From: an uncultured virus (IMG/VR IMGVR_UViG_3300020466_000002)
Lineage: Duplodnaviria; Heunggongvirae; Uroviricota; Caudoviricetes
Strand: one strand, 5' to 3'
Virus record (IMG/VR): IMGVR_UViG_3300020466_000002
Length of the DNA stretch: 64,000 bases
How positions within the stretch are numbered: position 1 is the first letter of the stretch; every line of letters starts with the position of its first letter. A program made the position numbers and the translations under genes. Shown one piece after another: positions 56,836-64,000 of the stretch. Under the pieces are notes generated by a model. That model did no database searches. It saw only the letters and a list, made by a program, of their open reading frames with translations, and had not been told where the DNA came from.

Positions 56836-58317
56836 TTAGTCAGCATCACCGATTACTCCGTCACCAGACTTAAGCAAAATAAAGTTATTTGCTCCTTGAA
56901 CACATAAACATCTCTCAGATAAGAAATGAACGTTCATTGCGTCTTCGTCAGAAGTATAGTTTCCACCAACTGAACCAGTGATCCAAGATTTCATTCTTCT
57001 GTCATCAGCTTCTGAAGCTCTATATCTGACATGTAAGAATGGTCTCTGGATGTTTTTACCAAGAATTTGGTCATAAACAGTAGATACTCCAGCTGGTACA
57101 AAAACTCCTTCAACATCTTTAACTAATCCTCTAGTAGTAGAGTCGTTAAGATATTTCCAGTCAGTTTTATAGAAGTCATAAGAACCTCTTCTGAAACCAG
57201 AGAAACCTAAATTTAATGCCATATCCTCAGAATTGTCAAATACACCATAAGATGTACCACCAGTTCCATAAGAATTTTGAGCAGCTAGCATGTTATCGAT
57301 AGCTAATGAAACTCCTCTATTAAGGAATAACATATTTTCTTCGATAGCACCTTGCTTATCTAATTCTTGAAGAATTTTATCAAAATCAGCTAAACCATCA
57401 GCGGCATCTGAACCACCAAAATCAGCATCAGAATAAACTAATCCTCTTGATTCGATAGCAGCAAACATACCTTCTGAACCTTTAACAGTAAAACTGTTAG
57501 ATCCAGCGCCAGGGTCTGCAGTAAATGAATGAGCAGCTTTTTCAGCTTCAATCATTACCATTTCTAACTGATCTTCAAATCTGATTCTTGCTTCATGCTC
57601 AGATTTTAGATACCACAAGTAACCAGATGTACCGATTTCTGTAGTAACTTCAACCCAACCAATTTGAGCAGTATCAGAACCGTTTACAGAATATTTGTCT
57701 CTAATGATAACTGGAGAATTCTTATAAAATTCGCTTTTAGCGTTTATAGAATTACCAACATCCTTAGATCCTTTTCCATATTCAGAACCGTAAACAAACA
57801 AGCTAATGCCTGTTGTTGCACCAGTATTATCCCAACCACCAGCAGCAGCATCCATTAACTGATCAGCCTTGTAAGGCACAGCAGTAATAGTAGTTGCAGA
57901 AGGTTTAGCTTGGACATAACACTTAGTAGTTTTACCACCTTTGCTAATTATTACAGTATCTCCAATATTTACATAATCTTGATTTGCAGAACTAGCGAAA
58001 GTGATTTTGTTCGTCGCAGCGTCAGAGTTCGCAGCAAGACTACAATCGTCAAATGCTACGTGAATTCTTCCCTGCTCAGCCCATACAACTTCATCAGAAG
58101 CCATTGGCATTTCAGCGCCAACCATACGTAAAAAACCGCTAATAGATCTGTTACCAAATCTTTCAACTTCTTTTTCGTATACTTCTGGTAAAAACTGTTT
58201 GGTGAAATTAAAATCATTACCGTCTATTGACAGGTAATTCCCAGCGAATAAACTTTTATCCGGTCTGGGAGTCAGGTGTGCAGTTGATGCACCGCCTGAA
58301 AATGTTCCTAAAGCCAT
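56836..58317 (-). CDS. major capsid protein
   Basis: 493 aa, after portal and scaffold, followed by terminator. Confidence 0.75.
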   Translation of the reverse strand: MALGTFSGGASTAHLTPRPDKSLFAGNYLSIDGNDFNFTKQFLPEVYEKEVERFGNRSISGFLRMVGAEMPMASDEVVWAEQGRIHVAFDDCSLAANSDAATNKITFASSANQDYVNIGDTVIISKGGKTTKCYVQAKPSATTITAVPYKADQLMDAAAGGWDNTGATTGISLFVYGSEYGKGSKDVGNSINAKSEFYKNSPVIIRDKYSVNGSDTAQIGWVEVTTEIGTSGYLWYLKSEHEARIRFEDQLEMVMIEAEKAAHSFTADPGAGSNSFTVKGSEGMFAAIESRGLVYSDADFGGSDAADGLADFDKILQELDKQGAIEENMLFLNRGVSLAIDNMLAAQNSYGTGGTSYGVFDNSEDMALNLGFSGFRRGSYDFYKTDWKYLNDSTTRGLVKDVEGVFVPAGVSTVYDQILGKNIQRPFLHVRYRASEADDRRMKSWITGSVGGNYTSDEDAMNVHFLSERCLCVQGANNFILLKSGDGVIGDAD

Positions 58318-58337
58318 TGTTTTTAATTTTTAAAAAG

Positions 58338-59561
58338 TTATTTACGTTTAATTTTAAATTTAAAGTCACTCGAAGAATCACCTGAAGGTACTGCTCTTAC
58401 TTTAAAACCGCTAACATCTTGAACTTTTTCGTGTGTTTTACGAGGGTCCATATCAACGTTTTTAGCTTTTGCAACACTATCCTTGATAGCATCTGCTCGG
58501 CCTTGTTCGTAAAAGTGATTAGCAACCAAATCAGGGTTCATTGCTGTAAATAAAGATTTATGATAACCTTGTGCGTCTTCCATTTCATTATTCTTGTTCG
58601 TAAACTTACTAATAAAATTTCCAATATCACTTTGGTTTTTCTTTACTTTATCAACGTCCCTAACATTAAATCTATATTTTTTTTCTCCCACGTTATATTC
58701 AAAACCTTTGAATTTGTTTGAAAAGACATTATCTGTCTTTTTTATAAATATAGAAGACTGCTCTTCGCTTACCTTAGCATCTTCGTTGTAACGATTGAAA
58801 AAATCTACAGCTTTTTGTTGATCTTCCGTTAAGTTAGATCCAGCTTTGATTTCTTCGTAATATTTAGACTTTAACCCGTCTAAGTGGGCTCTAGCGTCTG
58901 CAACTTGCTCTTTTAACGCCAATTTTTTTCTTTTAACAAGTTTCTCATCTTCTTCTTCCTCTTCAGTCCATGAGTATTTATCTTCCATAATAAATTGAAC
59001 TTCATCATCAGTTAAATGAGGTTTTGTTTGTTTGTAGTATTCCCTAAGTAAAGCTTTATCATCATGTTTAGTATAATCTTGATTAAGTCTTACATAGTCA
59101 TCTAAACTACCACCAGTATCATTTATAAAGTCCACGACTTTTTGAATGTTTTCCGGTAAAGGTTCTCCAGTTTGTTGAGCTTGCTCTACAGCTTGTTCAA
59201 CATCTTCTTTAACCTCTTCTACTTTTTCTTGAACTTCCTCTTCTGAAACTTCAACCTCTTCTAAAATAGGTTGTTCAGCTTTTTCTTCAACAACTTCCTC
59301 TTGTTTTTCAGGAGTTTTGAATTTATTGGCTTCGGTGTTATCCATTAAATCTTCTTTCTCTTCAACAACCTCTTCTGGTTTGTTAGAAAAATCTAATTTA
59401 AAATCACCAGCTTCGTTTTTAGGTGTTTCAGGTTTTTCAACCTTTTCAGGTGTTTCTTCTGTGACTTTCATGTCACCACCTTCTTTTTCTACTTCCGTAG
59501 ATTCATTTTTAGTTTCGGTAGGTTGAACTTCTTCAACTACCTTTTCTTCATTTTTAGCCAT
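58338..59561 (-). CDS. scaffolding-like protein
   Basis: Very acidic N-terminal half, coiled coil, between portal and MCP. Confidence 0.65.
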   Translation of the reverse strand: MAKNEEKVVEEVQPTETKNESTEVEKEGGDMKVTEETPEKVEKPETPKNEAGDFKLDFSNKPEEVVEEKEDLMDNTEANKFKTPEKQEEVVEEKAEQPILEEVEVSEEEVQEKVEEVKEDVEQAVEQAQQTGEPLPENIQKVVDFINDTGGSLDDYVRLNQDYTKHDDKALLREYYKQTKPHLTDDEVQFIMEDKYSWTEEEEEDEKLVKRKKLALKEQVADARAHLDGLKSKYYEEIKAGSNLTEDQQKAVDFFNRYNEDAKVSEEQSSIFIKKTDNVFSNKFKGFEYNVGEKKYRFNVRDVDKVKKNQSDIGNFISKFTNKNNEMEDAQGYHKSLFTAMNPDLVANHFYEQGRADAIKDSVAKAKNVDMDPRKTHEKVQDVSGFKVRAVPSGDSSSDFKFKIKRK

Positions 59562-59586
59562 AATATAATATTATATAATTAAACAA

Positions 59587-62016
59587 TTATCTTGGATCAA
59601 ACGAATTTAATCCAAAACCGCCACCCATTATATCGTTTCCACTGGATTCGAAGTTTTCTGGGGACTTATCTTTATTTCTTTGATCGATCATTTTAGACTG
59701 TTGAGTAGCTTGTATTCTAGTTCGTTCGTCTTTTCGATCCTCTTTCATCTTCTCTTTACCTGTGATGTTATCAAATTCCATACCTTTTAATATTTTATTT
59801 ATTTGGAATTCATGATTCATCAAAGCTTTTTTATGTTCAACTTCTTTAGACATTCTCATTAACTCTATTTGAGCTTCTGTTTGTGCTAATTGAAGTTTTT
59901 GTTCTGTTAAAGCTGCATTTTTTTGAACTTCAGCTTGTGCTGCAACTTCTTGAGCTTGAGCGTTTGCTTCTGCTTGAGCTTGTATATTTCTTTCGTTATT
60001 AGCTTGATCTCTTTCTAATTTCTTCTTACGTCTTATTTTAAGAAGTTGATTAGCTAATTTAACGTTTTTAATTTCTCTAAGATCTATAGCATCCTCTAAC
60101 TCAATGTTTTGTTGCGTTAATGCCATCTGAATGTTATTTTCTAACATTTGTTTTTCTTCATCATCAGGTGTTAATTCTAAGAATATACCAAAATCATACA
60201 AATGTAAATTTTCTAATTCACTTAAAGTAGCAACATTATGAGCGCCTATAGATTGTATAAAAGCATCTCTAGCAGGAGAGTATTCTATAATATCAGATAC
60301 TCTTAATGATATTGCTTCAGATGTTTCAGCACTTAAGTATAAACCACCTTGTAATATATGTCTAGTAGCAGTGTTACTATTTGCAGCTGCTATTTTTTGT
60401 ACACCAACTAAAGCATCTTTAGAAGGTGAGCTAGCGTCTTTAGCCTCATTTAATCCGGTCACGTCTCTTATCATCTGTAGATAATAATTATACGTTTGAA
60501 TAAGTGATTGCATTTTTTGACCACCAGATCCACTTTGTATTTCTTGAATAGGTACTTTACCTGGATTCATATCACCATCAGATGTAAATGATCTACCTAT
60601 AATACTACCTGTTTGGAAAAACATGTTTAATGCTTCTTGTGGATTATAGTTAGTACCATTACCAAGGTCTATTTCAGCTAAACCATCAGCATCTAAATAA
60701 ATACCATCTGGTACTAATCTAGACATTACCTGTTGTAGTTTTAAATGAGTTAATTGAATCATATCAGCAAAACCTGTTATTCTGCTTACTAAAGATTCAA
60801 TTCTACCTTTGTACATTCTTGGTGCACATATAGAGTAATTCATTTTTACCTTAGTATAATCACTTTTAGGTCTCATCATGTTTTTAGCTAACTGCCATTT
60901 TAACATTTTTTCAGTACCTAAAATCATAGCACCTTCATATAAAACCTCTATTGACCTTGATAATTTACCATACTTTCTTTCAAGCATTTCATCCATAGCT
61001 GGATTAAATTGATCATCTTTTACTAATATTTTGCTAGCTCCCGTCGCGGTATCTTTAACTTTATACACTTCGTTAGCATATGTTTTATAATTAAAATATA
61101 AAACTTGAACTTGATTTTTATCTTCTTGATTTGTTTCTGTTATACTTCTGTTATAATATCCAGAATTTTGAAAACCTTGTTTTTGTATATTTTCTAATTC
61201 TTCTGTTGATAAATCAGGAAATTGTTTTTTCAACTCGTTAACAGGTATACTTTTAACTTCACCTACATAATATATATCCTCAAAATAAGGCGAATCAGTA
61301 TAAGAGTATACTAAATTTGCAGGATCAACGTAATCAATAGTAATTCCATTAGATTTACTAAAGTTAGTTTTTACAGCACCAATACCAAGAACAGTTAAAT
61401 CATAATTAAATCTTCTTCTTGTTAAATCATAGTTGTTACCTTGCATTATAGTATTAATAGCTTGCTCTTCTGCTATTTCAATAGACTGCTTGTAACTTAA
61501 CTGCATGTGTAATTCTAACTCCTCTATACTATCAGGTAACTCTTCTTTTTTAGTTTCTCTTAAATCTACACCAAAAGCTTGCTCAGCAAAATCAGTTAGA
61601 TCTTTAGCTTCCATATCTCGTATTTTAGCTTCCATATACTGTGTTCTTTTAGAAACACCATATGGATCTTGAGAATATGCTTTGACATCAAATACTCTTT
61701 CTGATATACCATTTACTACTATATCTACAAATTTAGGTATAATAGGTACTGGTTTCCAGTCTAAGTTAAGATATGATAAATCACCGTTAATAGATAATTC
61801 ATCTTTATATTTTTGTATACTTTGTTCACCACGTGCATATAGTCTAAGTTTATGGAATTCTGTTTGATTACCATAATATCTATTAGCACCAGAGTCGCGT
61901 TTAAACCACTCACTTTCAATTGCTTTAGCAACTTTTAATCCATAGTCTACTTGGATCTTCTCAACGTCGCTAGCAACTTGACTTGGGAAATAACTTTTAA
62001 CAACTGACTCAGCCAT
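59587..62016 (-). CDS. portal protein
   Basis: 809 aa following terminase; PIIPKFVDIVV; C-terminal Gln/Ala coiled coil. Confidence 0.8.
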   Translation of the reverse strand: MAESVVKSYFPSQVASDVEKIQVDYGLKVAKAIESEWFKRDSGANRYYGNQTEFHKLRLYARGEQSIQKYKDELSINGDLSYLNLDWKPVPIIPKFVDIVVNGISERVFDVKAYSQDPYGVSKRTQYMEAKIRDMEAKDLTDFAEQAFGVDLRETKKEELPDSIEELELHMQLSYKQSIEIAEEQAINTIMQGNNYDLTRRRFNYDLTVLGIGAVKTNFSKSNGITIDYVDPANLVYSYTDSPYFEDIYYVGEVKSIPVNELKKQFPDLSTEELENIQKQGFQNSGYYNRSITETNQEDKNQVQVLYFNYKTYANEVYKVKDTATGASKILVKDDQFNPAMDEMLERKYGKLSRSIEVLYEGAMILGTEKMLKWQLAKNMMRPKSDYTKVKMNYSICAPRMYKGRIESLVSRITGFADMIQLTHLKLQQVMSRLVPDGIYLDADGLAEIDLGNGTNYNPQEALNMFFQTGSIIGRSFTSDGDMNPGKVPIQEIQSGSGGQKMQSLIQTYNYYLQMIRDVTGLNEAKDASSPSKDALVGVQKIAAANSNTATRHILQGGLYLSAETSEAISLRVSDIIEYSPARDAFIQSIGAHNVATLSELENLHLYDFGIFLELTPDDEEKQMLENNIQMALTQQNIELEDAIDLREIKNVKLANQLLKIRRKKKLERDQANNERNIQAQAEANAQAQEVAAQAEVQKNAALTEQKLQLAQTEAQIELMRMSKEVEHKKALMNHEFQINKILKGMEFDNITGKEKMKEDRKDERTRIQATQQSKMIDQRNKDKSPENFESSGNDIMGGGFGLNSFDPR

Positions 62017-62017
62017 A

Positions 62018-64000
62018 TTAATTTATTAATTTTGAATGCATACCTTTTTGTTTATATTTAGCTATGCTTATGTTTAATTTTGTTCTTTCTTTTTCAGCAT
62101 TAGGTCTATATAAATGTTTATTACAAGCCATTATTGCTAAACCCGAACTAATAGTAGCATCAAATTTTGTTCTATTATTAATATCAAATTTAGCCCAATC
62201 ACCTAATGTGTTATTAAAATATATATTACCATGAGTACCATCTTGTTTTAATCCCACATGATCTTGTATATACATTTCTATCGCGGCAGCGTGTGCCTGC
62301 TTAATATCTTCACTAGAGTTTGGTATACCACCTATTTCTTTTTCAGCTACAGATAATTTATTCCAAACTTTATCAGGTCTATTCATCGAATAACCTCTAT
62401 AACCACGTCTTCTTAAATAATACAATAGACGAGGTTTATTATTTTCTGCAAGTAATGGCATCCCATAAAATACTAAAGCCATTAAAACATCCTCAAAAAA
62501 CATCTCTGAGGTTGCTGGTCTTGCAATATATTCTAAAAAAAAGTGGCTTGGTGGACAATCCTCCATACTAAACTTAGTTAAACCATGTAAAGATCCTTTT
62601 GAACCTTGACCATCTACTGTACCTGATATGTCATAACTATCACAACCAAAAGCACCCATATGTTCATTTCCTGGGTGTTTTCTACCATTTTTAAATATAA
62701 TATTATTTTGTTGTCTTTGATTAGGAACCCAACTAATTAAAAATCTACCCCTTGCATCAGGATAAAAAGTAACTTTAGTATCTTTGGCTCCATTAATCCA
62801 TTGGAAATTACCTCTTGTAATTTCATTATTATTATTTAATTCTTCATTAAAATCTATTTGCTCGTAAATTTTAGCTAAATTAAATATACTATTTTTAGTT
62901 TCGTCTCTGAAAGCATGTTCTTCAGTTCTTGGAAATTGTCTATAAAATTCATTTAAAGCATCTCCATCGTTTTTTAAACCATCTACTTCATTTTGCCAAT
63001 GCTCGATAATACCTGTGTCAATGTATTCCCCATACGGTCCTTTTGTTTCTGTTTCTGGAGTGTCGAATACAGGTAAGCCATAAGAATCAATGAATCCTTC
63101 GTAGTTCCATTCCATAGGTATGAACAAACTATATAATCCCGAGCTAGTCTGTCCATTGCGGTTTCTTTTTGTAACATCTGAATCTTTATAAAGTTTTTTG
63201 AAGTTATCACCACCTTTATCTAAAGCGTTTGATGTTGATCCCATCATACACTTACCAATAATTCTGCTACCTAATCTTAATGTAGTTTTAGTAACTCTCC
63301 AGTTATTTAATATATTATTAGGTCTTTCCCATTTACCACTTTCATCATGTGCTAATAGTTTTAGTTTTTCACCATCATAACTATTATCTCCAGTATTTTT
63401 CCAATCAATAGTAGTATCTAATCCTTGTAACTCCTCTGGTCTATCACTTGCTTGTATATTTCTTCTAGTTAATTTAGAAGCTGGTACTCTATATGCTAAT
63501 TCTGTTTTAGGTCGATCCATACCATCTTGAATCGGTTTAAAAAAGAAAGGATAATTAACTGATATTGGCACAACTTTGTCAGTAAACATTTTTTTAGCAT
63601 CAGGACCTGTTTTAGATAATATACCAAATCTTGAATCACTAGCTAATGTAGCCATATTTACAAGTTCACCAGAAGCCATAAAAGAAAAACCAGATCGTCT
63701 ATTTTTTAAGTAACACATACCGTAACATCTTTTATCTGCTTTACAAGCCTCCCAAAACATATAGAATAATCTATTTGCTTCTCTAAAATCTGGATGTCCT
63801 ACATCTATTTTACTCCATTGTAAATACATGTAATGTGTTCCTGTTATATATGTTGGTGTACCTTTATTGTAATACCAAAAGCCCTCATCTCTTCTTTTAA
63901 ACTCTTCCTCTATGTAATCTATATATTGATTTTTAAAATCATTTGGATATTCTTTCCAATCAAATATAGTTTTAATTCTTTGTAAAGCTTTTGGTTGTTC
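62018..64000 (-). CDS. terL: terminase large subunit, 5' end outside window
   Basis: Frame open to the edge; KNRRSGFS Walker A-like, AHDESGK Walker B, GCDSYD nuclease motif, KFDA. Confidence 0.88.
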   Translation of the reverse strand, partial: EQPKALQRIKTIFDWKEYPNDFKNQYIDYIEEEFKRRDEGFWYYNKGTPTYITGTHYMYLQWSKIDVGHPDFREANRLFYMFWEACKADKRCYGMCYLKNRRSGFSFMASGELVNMATLASDSRFGILSKTGPDAKKMFTDKVVPISVNYPFFFKPIQDGMDRPKTELAYRVPASKLTRRNIQASDRPEELQGLDTTIDWKNTGDNSYDGEKLKLLAHDESGKWERPNNILNNWRVTKTTLRLGSRIIGKCMMGSTSNALDKGGDNFKKLYKDSDVTKRNRNGQTSSGLYSLFIPMEWNYEGFIDSYGLPVFDTPETETKGPYGEYIDTGIIEHWQNEVDGLKNDGDALNEFYRQFPRTEEHAFRDETKNSIFNLAKIYEQIDFNEELNNNNEITRGNFQWINGAKDTKVTFYPDARGRFLISWVPNQRQQNNIIFKNGRKHPGNEHMGAFGCDSYDISGTVDGQGSKGSLHGLTKFSMEDCPPSHFFLEYIARPATSEMFFEDVLMALVFYGMPLLAENNKPRLLYYLRRRGYRGYSMNRPDKVWNKLSVAEKEIGGIPNSSEDIKQAHAAAIEMYIQDHVGLKQDGTHGNIYFNNTLGDWAKFDINNRTKFDATISSGLAIMACNKHLYRPNAEKERTKLNISIAKYKQKGMHSKLIN

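Noticed and set aside
1..64000. Alternative genetic code, integrase, introns or inteins
   Set aside because: Genes tile densely in code 11; terminase, RNR and helicase are uninterrupted and of normal size; no recombinase motif seen

Overview
This window is about 64 kb of an AT-rich (~30% GC) dsDNA tailed phage in standard code 11. It is most likely a podovirus-like phage of aquatic Bacteroidota/Flavobacteriia with a crAss/Cellulophaga-phage-like head-tail gene order; this is inferred from gene order, protein sizes and AT-rich starts lacking Shine-Dalgarno sites. A divergent control region at 11311-11875 splits it into arms. The + arm (11876-32693) holds early micro-ORFs, two D-armless tRNA-like RNAs, six copies of a strict promoter-like motif, ligase, a DenV-like glycosylase, an HTH protein, a sigma factor, ERF/exonuclease/SSB and a primase-helicase. 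It continues with a dCMP-hydroxymethylase-type thymidylate synthase homolog, NTP pyrophosphohydrolases, class Ia RNR and a JmjC-cupin-KdsB-methyltransferase-KdsA cassette; no DNA polymerase is present. The - arms carry terminase, portal, scaffold, capsid, tail and ejection proteins (including a 2561-aa multidomain protein), lysis and envelope genes, GroEL/GroES, fibre proteins and a Thr-rich repeat protein. The strongest leads are the cytosine-modification plus KDO-activation genes, the tmRNA-TLD-like mini RNAs, the Q[FY]SK-linked cargo polyprotein with a possible sigma-2-like domain, a shared [STA]PFK/SPAK motif across late proteins, and a 45-bp inverted-repeat operator. All calls come from motif reading by eye; no database searches were run.
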